Assembly: GCA_023136205.1 (NCBI GenBank)
Contig: JAGLRQ010000063.1
Location: 1-32,000, forward strand
Reading direction: 5' to 3'
Origin: Candidatus Auribacterota bacterium
GTDB lineage: Bacteria; Auribacterota; UBA6266
DNA: 32,000 nucleotides
Notes under the pieces: model-generated
Database searches by the model: none
The model's input: the letters and a program-made list of their open reading frames with translations, nothing else
Told to the model about the DNA's origin: nothing
Shown: positions 6,963 through 15,206 of the stretch, piece by piece
Layout of the letters: each line of letters begins with the position of its first letter
How positions within the stretch are numbered: the stretch's first letter is position 1
Program-made: the position numbers and the translations under genes

Positions 6963-8140
6963 TAAGGGTGTCTTCCTTGTTTAAAAAATTATTTTTAACG
7001 TATATTATTTGTTTTTTATTTTCATCTTCTCCTCTTTTTGCCGATATTCTTTGCGGCAAAACATATCAGCAAACCCTTCATGAATATATAGCCCGGGCTA
7101 AAAGCTCAATTGTAGTCGCGATGTACTTCATTATTTTGGAGCCGGGAGGCAAAGGCCCAATCAATGAATTGGTTGATGATCTTGTAGATGCTGAAAAGCG
7201 CGGTGTTGATGTCAGGGTGATTTTGGAAGATTCAAAGTTTAAAGAAAATCGTCTTGCTTATCAAAAATTAAAAGAAAACGGTGTTAATGTATATTTTGAT
7301 ACTCCCGAACATCTTTTACATGTAAAGGGTGTTGTTGTTGATGACAGGTATGTCTTTATAGGCAGTGCAAACTGGTCAAGGGCGGCAATAGAAGATAATT
7401 ATGAAGTTACATATTTTGAGGATTCTTCTCGCGATGCTATTGCTTTTAAGCAGTATGTCGAGAAAATCCCGTTTCAGGATAAAGATATGTTTCTACCTTC
7501 ATTTGAAGGTGTGGTTATTTCTTCGGATTTCCTTCTTTTGCCTGAAACAGGCCGCAGTCTTCTTAAGAGCCGGGCTGTAAAGCAGTTAGATCTTTATTTG
7601 TTGTTACGCAAGATACAGTATGAGAACGGAGAGGTTAGTTTTAGTGTTGATTATGATGTTTTGGCTAAAGCAATGGGTTATACCGTTCGCGGTAAGTTAG
7701 GTAAATACCGTAATCAGCATCATTACTTCTACGAAAGGATACATCGCTCATTAGCTCGTCTCAGGCGTTATGGCCTTATTGATTATAAAAAAGGGGTAGT
7801 TTCCTTAAATCTTAAAGATAATCTCTCTATAGTAATTCCCTTTGAATACTGGGATTATCCCGGGAAGCTCTCTATGCGGGCTAAGTATATGTATTTGATT
7901 TGTCTGTACGAAGCCGGCCGTTCCAGCCGGTATCCCTGCTGGTTTCGCAGCCAGAAGGATATGGCAAAACTTTATGGTATAAGTGATACTACCATTTCTT
8001 TAGGCCTTCTGGAGCTTGAGGAGAAGGGTATAATCGAGGTTTTGAGGGACAGGCCAACTCCCCCCGACTTTTCCAACAGGAAAGCCAATGTATATAAAAT
8101 GCTCGGTTTGCCTCAAAAAACAACTGATGTCCCCATTTAA
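6956..8140 (+). CDS. Secreted or membrane-anchored PLD-family (single HKD, Nuc-like) protein with two C-terminal winged-helix domains
   Basis: HKD motif HVKGVVVDDRYVFIGSANWS (7329-7388). N-terminal hydrophobic leader FKKLFLTYIICFLFSSSPLFA. The C-terminal half has two Rep/DnaD-like wH units (LDLYLLLRKIQ...LARLRRYGLI and KYMYLICLYEA...MAKLYGISDTTISLGLLELEEKGII). There is no ATG start; TTG at 6956 or TTG at 6977 after AAGGG. Confidence 0.65.
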   Translation: MLIRVSSLFKKLFLTYIICFLFSSSPLFADILCGKTYQQTLHEYIARAKSSIVVAMYFIILEPGGKGPINELVDDLVDAEKRGVDVRVILEDSKFKENRLAYQKLKENGVNVYFDTPEHLLHVKGVVVDDRYVFIGSANWSRAAIEDNYEVTYFEDSSRDAIAFKQYVEKIPFQDKDMFLPSFEGVVISSDFLLLPETGRSLLKSRAVKQLDLYLLLRKIQYENGEVSFSVDYDVLAKAMGYTVRGKLGKYRNQHHYFYERIHRSLARLRRYGLIDYKKGVVSLNLKDNLSIVIPFEYWDYPGKLSMRAKYMYLICLYEAGRSSRYPCWFRSQKDMAKLYGISDTTISLGLLELEEKGIIEVLRDRPTPPDFSNRKANVYKMLGLPQKTTDVPI

Positions 8141-8277
8141 CTCGTCCCCACGTCCCACGTCCAAGCGAGTGCAACGAGCGATCGTCCCACGTCCTTCGTC
8201 CCTCGCGTCCCACGTCCAAGCGAGTGAAACGAGCGCTCGTCCCTCGTCCCCACGTCCCACGTCTTTCCGTCCCTCGT
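8141..8277. repeat. Family A array A4 (heptad-expanded variant)
   Basis: Starts 1 nt after the PLD stop codon: CTCGTCC CCACGTCC CACGTCC AAGCGAGTGCAACGAGCGAT CGTCC CACGTCC TTCGTCC ..., in the same orientation as A1-A3. Confidence 0.85.
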
Positions 8278-8305
8278 TTCTGTGGTCTAACTCATTTTTT
8301 ATGTA

Positions 8306-8334
8306 TTGCAATTTAGTTATAACTAAGTTATACT
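8306..8334 (+). promoter_or_regulatory. Sigma70-type promoter with a palindromic operator; predicts a leaderless transcript for the second AbiE pair
   Basis: TTGCAA (8306-8311), a 17-nt spacer, then TATACT (8329-8334). The ATG at 8341 lies only 6 nt after the -10 box, with no SD. The spacer contains the perfect 12-bp palindrome TAGTTATAACTA (8314-8325). Confidence 0.5.
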
Positions 8335-8340
8335 TCATAT

Positions 8341-9129
8341 ATGAATAAAGAAATTTACAGCATATTGCAAGTAAGGGAGCTGTTCCATCTTGAGTTCTTA
8401 CGCTGGCTAAGTCGTAAAATTAAGTCCGAATTCTATGCTCTCAAAGGGGGAACGAACCTGAGATTTTTCTTTAAAAGCTTCCGTTATTCAGAAGATATGG
8501 ATCTGGATGTGAATACGATTCCCGTAGAAAAGCTAAAAGACATTGTCATGGAAATCTTAAACGCCAGGTCATTTATAGACAATCTGAGGACACTTAATAT
8601 TGTCCAAATCATTCCGCCTAATATCGCAAAGGCCAAGCAGACGCAAACAACCCAGCGTTTCAAGATTCATCTTATTACATGTTCAGGGGAAGATCTTTTT
8701 ACTAAGGTTGAGTTTTCACGGCGAGGGAGGAGAGGCTCAGTTGCCGTTCATCCCATATCTGATACAATCCTGCGGTTATATAAGCTGGCGCCGCTGGTGG
8801 TTCCGCATTATGACATTCATTCCGCGGTGTCACAAAAGATCGATGCCCTTGCCGCCCGCGCGGTGACCCAGCCCCGCGATATTTTTGACCTATTTATATT
8901 AAGTTCTCAATATGATGCTCCGGAAGGTAAGCAAACTAAGTATACAGCTCAAATAGCCAAGGCTCACGAAAACATATTCACAATCTCGTTTGAACAATTT
9001 CGAGACACGGTTGTTTCATATCTGTCAGCTGAAGATCAAGCGGCCTATGGCAATCCTCCTATGTGGGATGAAATAAAATTGAAAACAGCGCAATTTTTAG
9101 AAGAAATAAGGGACTGCAAACATGTCTAG
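8341..9129 (+). CDS. abiEii: AbiEii-family nucleotidyltransferase toxin (second copy, divergent)
   Basis: LKGGTNLRFFFKSFRYSEDMDLDV motif and a later PRDIFDL motif. Confidence 0.75.
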   Translation: MNKEIYSILQVRELFHLEFLRWLSRKIKSEFYALKGGTNLRFFFKSFRYSEDMDLDVNTIPVEKLKDIVMEILNARSFIDNLRTLNIVQIIPPNIAKAKQTQTTQRFKIHLITCSGEDLFTKVEFSRRGRRGSVAVHPISDTILRLYKLAPLVVPHYDIHSAVSQKIDALAARAVTQPRDIFDLFILSSQYDAPEGKQTKYTAQIAKAHENIFTISFEQFRDTVVSYLSAEDQAAYGNPPMWDEIKLKTAQFLEEIRDCKHV

Positions 9130-9730
9130 ACAGAATATATTGGTTTATATAAAACAGTTAAACCGCCCGGTTTTTACGACGAGTGAAGTTATGGCCTTGT
9201 CCGGGAAATCACCGTCCACCATCACGCAATCTCTGAATTATCTGCAAAAACAGGGATTGCTTATCAAAGTTCAGCGGGGAATATGGGCCGAGGCCGACAG
9301 CCGGATTAGCCCGTACAGCATCATCCCTTTTTTAACGCCTCGGCACCGGGCTTATGTTTCATTTGTCAGTGCTTTGCATCTGCATGGGATGATTGAACAG
9401 ATTCCTCAGGTGATTACCCTGGCCTCAACGTCTCATACCAGGACCGTTTATACAAAAATGGGGACGTTTGCAATCCATCAGATAGCGCCGCAATTCTTTA
9501 AGGGGTTTGATTGGTATCACGGGGATGGGAATTTTCTGATTGCCCAACCGGAAAAGGCCCTGGTGGACAGCCTATATCTCTCAGCGCACAAAAAAAAGCA
9601 ATTCGGCTTTTTCCCGGAAATGTCCTTTCCAAAGTCGTTTAGCTTCGCCAGAGCACGGAAGTGGGTGAAATGTATTTCCATTCCGAGTGTGAGGCTATAT
9701 GTTGAGAAAAAGTTAATTGAGTTAAGTTAG
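9122..9730 (+). CDS. abiEi: AbiEi-family antitoxin / wHTH regulator (second copy, downstream of its toxin)
   Basis: N-terminal wHTH (FTTSEVMALSGKSPSTITQSLNYLQKQGLLIKVQRGIWA), about 200 aa, with an 8-nt overlap onto the upstream AbiEii gene. Confidence 0.7.
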   Translation: MSRQNILVYIKQLNRPVFTTSEVMALSGKSPSTITQSLNYLQKQGLLIKVQRGIWAEADSRISPYSIIPFLTPRHRAYVSFVSALHLHGMIEQIPQVITLASTSHTRTVYTKMGTFAIHQIAPQFFKGFDWYHGDGNFLIAQPEKALVDSLYLSAHKKKQFGFFPEMSFPKSFSFARARKWVKCISIPSVRLYVEKKLIELS

Positions 9731-9876
9731 CCCGCGAACAAGGGTAAAGCCTGATTGTAGATACTGCCGCTCCATGGATAAATCTGCGGCTTACCCACAG
9801 AGCTTGGATAACCCTTTGGGTTAACCACACTATCCACAATTCTACTACCACTATTTTTTGCTTTCTTCTTCTTAAC

Positions 9877-10132
9877 GAGATAGTTCGAAGCGAAGCGTAG
9901 CCTCCCCCGAGGGGACGAGATACTAACAACGAGATACGGCTTCTAAGCTTTTTGTTTTTTTTGCTTCTAACGAGATACGATTCACGAGCTACGAGATACG
10001 GCTCTTAAACGAGATACGGCTTTTAGGATACTGTTTTTAATTCGTCCAAGCGAGTAAAACGAGCAATCGTCCCACGTCTTCCCGTCCCACGTCCCAGCGA
10101 GTGAAACGAGCGGCCGTCCTTCGTCCCTCGTC
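9877..10132. repeat. Composite junction module C2-A5
   Basis: C2 (9877-10040): GCGTAGCCTCCCCCGAGGGGACGAGATAC, then four ACGAGATACGGCTYYTAR units. A5 (10041-10132): family A units in the same orientation as the others. Confidence 0.8.
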
Positions 10133-10259
10133 TCTTCCCAACACCTATCTTTCCTATAGACTATAAGCTCATAAATATGCTTTAATTTCTCTCAGTTTAC
10201 TATATACTACAACGAAGGTATATCGTCTTATTCTATGTGTAAAATTGAGGAGGTGTCAA

Positions 10260-10553
10260 ATGAGAAATAAATCAATATATGTTCAATTGAAAGATGCTAA
10301 GTTTAAGAGTTTGCTTGGACTTTACAAAGTCGACAGAATAGCCATTTTTGGCTCGTATGCTAAAAGTAAACAGCGGCGAAAGAGTGATATTGACTTCTTA
10401 GTCGAATTTAAAAAAGGAGCAGATCTTTTAGACCAGGTAGGATTAAAGCTCGATTTAGAAAAGTTGTTGTCTAAAAAGGTTGATGTTGTAACACCTAAAT
10501 CTTTGAGTAAATATATTAAAAAGAAAGTAATAAAAGAGGCGGTGTATTTATGA
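10260..10553 (+). CDS. mntA: MNT-type nucleotidyltransferase antitoxin
   Basis: ATG at 10260 after GAGGAGG. Motif IFGSYAKSKQRRKSDIDFLVEF (GS...SDxD). ATGA overlap with the downstream HEPN gene. Confidence 0.8.
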   Translation: MRNKSIYVQLKDAKFKSLLGLYKVDRIAIFGSYAKSKQRRKSDIDFLVEFKKGADLLDQVGLKLDLEKLLSKKVDVVTPKSLSKYIKKKVIKEAVYL

Positions 10554-10891
10554 GTAAAGATTATAAGGTATATTTACATCATATTCTTGATGCAATTAAA
10601 ACTATAGAGAAATACATCAAAGGACTCAGTGAAAATGACTTTTATAAAAATAAGCTTATTCAAGATGGGGTGATCAGAAATCTTGAAATAATAGGAGAAG
10701 CTGCTAAAAATGTGCCTAAAGAGATACAGAATGAATATTCCCACATTGAGTGGAAGGCAATATCAGGCATGAGGGATGTTCTTATTCATGATTATTTTGG
10801 TGTTGATCTGGAACGAGTTTGGGGAGTTTTGGTAAATAGAATTTCACAATTAAAAAAAGATATATCAGGGATTATTAAAAATAAGAGTTAG
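10550..10891 (+). CDS. hepT: HepT (DUF86/HEPN) toxin
   Basis: HEPN Rx4-6H motif (MRDVLIHDY) plus RNLEIIGEAAKN. About 113 aa, paired with MNT. Confidence 0.8.
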   Translation: MSKDYKVYLHHILDAIKTIEKYIKGLSENDFYKNKLIQDGVIRNLEIIGEAAKNVPKEIQNEYSHIEWKAISGMRDVLIHDYFGVDLERVWGVLVNRISQLKKDISGIIKNKS

Positions 10892-10895
10892 ATTT

Positions 10896-11219
10896 AAACG
10901 AGATACTGCTTTTTACTCTTTTTCTATCTGGTGACGTGGTGACTTGCAACTGATGACTTTTTATCTTGGCAACTATTTCTATCTTTTAAACTGGTGACCT
11001 GGCAACTTTTCCACCTTGCAACTGTGGACTAATTTATTCGTCCCACATCCGAGCGAGTGAAACGAGCGCTCGTCCTTCGTCCCCACGTCCCACGTCCAAG
11101 CGAGTGAAACGAGCGGTCGTCCTTCCATCCCTCACGTCCCACGTCCAAGCGAGTAAAACGAGCGATCGTCCTTACGTCCCACGTCCTTCCGTCCATCACG
11201 TCCCACGTCCTCCCGTCCC
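10896..11219. repeat. Composite junction module C3-B2-A6
   Basis: C3 fragment AAACGAGATACTGC (10896-10909). B2 (10921-11030) carries the core GGTGACTTGCAACTGATGACTTTTTATCTTGG. A6 (11038-11219) is the longest heptad-expanded family A array. Confidence 0.85.
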
Positions 11220-11312
11220 TTGACTTTCGCCGATAAATATGGTCTAATTTCCCTTTGATTATTTACGAGATAGTGTCTTAAAGTGGTAAATAAATAGGCC
11301 GTGGCTCTATTT

Positions 11313-11390
11313 ATTCTATCTGGTGCCTTGGTGACTGGTGACGTGGTAACTGTTCTATCTTGTGACGTGGTGACTTGCAACTGGTGACTT
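11313..11390. repeat. Family B module B3
   Basis: TTCTATCTGGTGCCTTGGTGACTGGTGACGTGGTAACTGTTCTATCTTGTGACGTGGTGACTTGCAACTGGTGACTT. The 22-nt core GGTGACTTGCAAYTGRTGACTT is shared with B1 and B2. Confidence 0.8.
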
Positions 11391-11445
11391 GAATAAATCA
11401 GACCTGTCCCCATTTATTCTGATTTATCAAAAAGAGGTTTTACCG

Positions 11446-12462
11446 ATGTTCTCAATACTACTACTACCCCTATTCGCGGCGATGTTCCTGGCCATTAACA
11501 TGGGCGGGAGCGGGACAGCTCCGGCTTTTTCTTCCGCCTATGGAGCGAACCTAATCCGTAAAGATTTGATCCCCGGATTATTCGGAGCTTTTGTTCTATT
11601 AGGTGCAATCATGGCCGGTAAAGAAGTTACCTTAACAATTGGAAAGGGGATTTTGCCGGATAGTTCAATGACTTTAACTTTGACCACTATTATATTGCTG
11701 TCCATTGCCTTATCAATGCTATTCGCGAACATACTAAGAGTTCCTCAGTCAACAAGCCAGTCAACGGTATTTGCTTTAGTCGCGGTTGCTGTATACCAAA
11801 ACAATTTACAAACTAAAAAATTGCTCTTTGAAATTATCCCTGCCTGGTTTATACTTCCAATTATTTCTTTTTTTCTGACTTTAATCCTGGGCAAATATAT
11901 CTATCGTCCGCTAAAGAAGAAAAAGCTGATAAATTTCAAACAACTAAAGGTACATCCGGCATTGCGCCTGGGCGTAATTTTTTCATCCTGTTACGTAGCG
12001 TTTTCTATCGGTGCCAATAACGTTGCTAATGCCTCCGGCCCGATTCACAGCCTGCTGGTTAACCAGTTAAATATTCAAGATAGCGAAACTAATTATTTGA
12101 TATGTATGATAGTCTCGACTTTAATCATCGCGCCCTGTTTTGCTCTGGGCAGTTCAATATTCGGCTCCCGCATCCTTAAAACAACCGGAAAAGAAATAAT
12201 CGAATTTGGGCCTATAGGCGCCTTAGCCATCTCTCTTGTAACCGGAAGCTTATTACTCCTGGCTTCAGTTACTCGAGGAATTCCAACTGCTCTTGCTCAG
12301 CTTAATGTAGGGGCAATAATTGGCCTGGGCGCGTATAAAGTCGGTATAAAAGAAATAATGACCCGAACATCGGTGAAGAAAATTTTTATGGTCTGGGTTA
12401 TATCGCCGGCTATCTCGTTTTGTATAGCATTGTTGTTGGCGTTTTTGATGGTCAAGAAATAA
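11446..12462 (+). CDS. PiT-family (PHO4) inorganic anion permease, phosphate or possibly sulfate
   Basis: ATG at 11446 after AAAGAGG. Polytopic membrane protein. The second-half signature [13 protein letters not shown] is present; the first-half signature is divergent ([17 protein letters not shown]). Confidence 0.7.
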   Translation: MFSILLLPLFAAMFLAINMGGSGTAPAFSSAYGANLIRKDLIPGLFGAFVLLGAIMAGKEVTLTIGKGILPDSSMTLTLTTIILLSIALSMLFANILRVPQSTSQSTVFALVAVAVYQNNLQTKKLLFEIIPAWFILPIISFFLTLILGKYIYRPLKKKKLINFKQLKVHPALRLGVIFSSCYVAFSIGANNVANASGPIHSLLVNQLNIQDSETNYLICMIVSTLIIAPCFALGSSIFGSRILKTTGKEIIEFGPIGALAISLVTGSLLLLASVTRGIPTALAQLNVGAIIGLGAYKVGIKEIMTRTSVKKIFMVWVISPAISFCIALLLAFLMVKK

Positions 12463-12494
12463 CAGGGAAAATATTAAAAGATGGAGAAAATAGA

Positions 12495-13532
<1,038 letters not shown>

Positions 13533-13535
13533 TAC

Positions 13536-13621
13536 GGTAATCGTCAATCGGTGACGGCTAAAAAGACGTAACCGAAAAACGATAACCGATACGGGCATCG
13601 TAACCGAAAAACGATAAACGA
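13536..13621. repeat. Left direct repeat of the four-helix-bundle cassette (family D; a 32-nt-period array continues to 13653)
   Basis: GGTAATCGTCAATCGGTGACGGCTAAAAAGACGTAACCGAAAAACGATAACCGATACGGGCATCGTAACCGAAAAACGATAAACGA. CGTAACCG recurs at 13567, 13599 and 13631. Confidence 0.9.
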
Positions 13622-13653
13622 TACGGGTTGCGTAACCGAAAGACGAATAAATA

Positions 13654-14043
13654 GTGGAAAAAAAGATCACAAGTTTCAGAGACTTAGATGTTTATCAAGG
13701 AACTTATGCTTCAATGTTAAAAGTAATGAAGGAAATCGTTCCAAAGTTACCGGAACGTGAGAAATATGATTTAAAAGATCAGCTTAGTAGATCAAGTAAA
13801 TCCATTCCAAGGCTAATAGCTGAAGGATATGCAAAGAAACATCAAAAAGCAGGTTTTCAAAAATATATTGATGATGCAATGGCTGAATGTAATGAGACTG
13901 TAGTGAGTCTTTGTCAATCAAGAGATATTTATCCTGAAAATGTTGATATTAATTTGTGTGAAGAGTTAATAGATGATTACGATAAAGCTGGCCGTCAATT
14001 ATACAAGCTAGGTCAGGCATGGAATACATTTAAGAAAAGGTAA
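13654..14043 (+). CDS. Four-helix-bundle protein (23S rRNA intervening-sequence protein family), second divergent copy
   Basis: GTG start. FRDLDVYQGTYASMLKVMKEIVPKLPEREKYDLKDQLSRSSKSIPRLIAEGY matches the family pattern. Confidence 0.75.
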   Translation: MEKKITSFRDLDVYQGTYASMLKVMKEIVPKLPEREKYDLKDQLSRSSKSIPRLIAEGYAKKHQKAGFQKYIDDAMAECNETVVSLCQSRDIYPENVDINLCEELIDDYDKAGRQLYKLGQAWNTFKKR

Positions 14044-14130
14044 TCGTCAATCGGTGACGGTGACGGCCAAATAGACGTAACCGAAAAACGATAACCGATA
14101 CGGGCATCGTAACCGAAAAACGATAAACGA
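14039..14130. repeat. Right direct repeat of the four-helix-bundle cassette (family D)
   Basis: Near-identical to 13536-13621, with an extra TGACGG hexamer. It starts 2 nt upstream of the cassette stop codon TAA (14041-14043), which lies within the repeat. CGTAACCG occurs at 14076 and 14108 (32-nt spacing). Confidence 0.9.
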
Positions 14131-14147
14131 AAAACCTAGGAGCTTAT

Positions 14148-15206
14148 ATGGAAAAAAATTCTAAAATATACATAGCCGGCCACGATGGCCTGGTCGGTTC
14201 CGCCCTTACAAGAAAATTAAAAGCATCTGGTTATCAGAATATAACTACAAGAACCCTTAAAGAGCTTGATCTTACACGACAGAAAGACGCCGAAGATTTT
14301 TTTGAGAAAGAAAAACCCGAATATGTATTCTTAGCCGCGGCTAAAGTAGGCGGCATACTCGCCAACAGCACCTATAAAGCGGAATTCATATACCAGAATA
14401 TAATGATTGCCGCGAATGTAATACATTCAAGCTATAAATTTGGTGTTAAAAAACTGCTTAATATGGGTTCATCCTGTATATATCCAAAATTAGCGCCGCA
14501 ACCGTTAAAAGAAGAATATCTTTTGACCGGAGAGTTAGAACCTACAAACGAACCTTATGCGATTGCCAAGATTTCAGCAATAAAACTGTGCGGATATTAT
14601 AATGAGCAATATGGAACAAATTTTATCTCCGTTATGCCCACTAACCAATATGGCCCAAATGATAATTTTAACCTGAAAACATCACATGTTTTACCCTCTA
14701 TGTTAAGGAAGTTTCACTTAGCAAAATTATTATCAGAAGGCAAGTATGATGATATACTCAGCGATTTAAATCTTCCCCCTGAATCTCAAATCTCAAATCT
14801 CAAATCCGTTGACAGTTTGCTTGCTGATGTTGGCATAGCTGCTCAATCTATTACTCTATGGGGAAGCGGGAGCCCCTACAGAGAATTTCTCTACGTTGAT
14901 GATACTGCAGAAGCATGTGTTTTTTTAATGCAAAAATATGACGCCAAAGAAATTGGCGAATTTGTGAACATTGGGTCAGGTAAGGATATTCAACTTAAAG
15001 AACTTGCTAATTTAATAAAACAAATTGTGGGATTTAAAGGTGAAATACAATGGGATACTGCAAAGCCCGATGGTACGCCGAAGAAGCTTTTGGATGTTGA
15101 GAGAATGAATAAATTGGGGTGGAAGGCAAAGGTTAGGTTGGAGGATGGGATTCGGATGGTGTATGAGGGTTACGTGACAAAAAGTACTGAACTCCGACGA
15201 AATTAA
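14148..15206 (+). CDS. fcl: GDP-L-fucose synthase (GDP-4-keto-6-deoxymannose 3,5-epimerase/4-reductase)
   Basis: KIYIAGHDGLVGSAL, GSSCIYPK, YAIAKIS and KPDGTPKKLLD. It carries an extra segment between HVLPSMLRKFHLAK and ITLWGSG. Confidence 0.85.
   Translation: MEKNSKIYIAGHDGLVGSALTRKLKASGYQNITTRTLKELDLTRQKDAEDFFEKEKPEYVFLAAAKVGGILANSTYKAEFIYQNIMIAANVIHSSYKFGVKKLLNMGSSCIYPKLAPQPLKEEYLLTGELEPTNEPYAIAKISAIKLCGYYNEQYGTNFISVMPTNQYGPNDNFNLKTSHVLPSMLRKFHLAKLLSEGKYDDILSDLNLPPESQISNLKSVDSLLADVGIAAQSITLWGSGSPYREFLYVDDTAEACVFLMQKYDAKEIGEFVNIGSGKDIQLKELANLIKQIVGFKGEIQWDTAKPDGTPKKLLDVERMNKLGWKAKVRLEDGIRMVYEGYVTKSTELRRN

Noticed and set aside
8141-8340. Family A array plus the AT-rich stretch after the PLD/two-winged-helix gene, read as iterons plus an unwinding element of an integrated plasmid origin.
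   Set aside because: The same array family also occurs next to the exporter, the four-helix-bundle gene and the PiT gene. The AT-rich stretch is better explained as the promoter of the next operon.
8600-8866. An alternative-frame 88-aa ORF inside the second AbiEii gene.
   Set aside because: It lies wholly within a gene that has clear family motifs, and it has no start context or recognisable features.
9773-9838. A cluster of DnaA-box-like words: TTATCCATG (reverse strand, 9773-9781), TTATCCAAG (reverse strand, 9803-9811) and CTATCCACA (9830-9838). These lie downstream of the second AbiE pair and might have indicated a replication origin for the Rep-like PLD-wH protein.
   Set aside because: Only one site is 8/9 to TTATCCACA and the others are 7/9. 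No adjacent AT-rich unwinding element or dnaA/rep context is evident. Such matches are expected by chance in AT-rich DNA.
14690-14880. The extra roughly 30-40 aa segment in Fcl, considered as a sign of a pseudogene or a chimeric gene.
   Set aside because: The reading frame is intact and both flanking catalytic blocks are conserved. Comparable insertions exist in some bacterial Fcl proteins, so only the embedded heptamer repeat was kept as a low-interest note.
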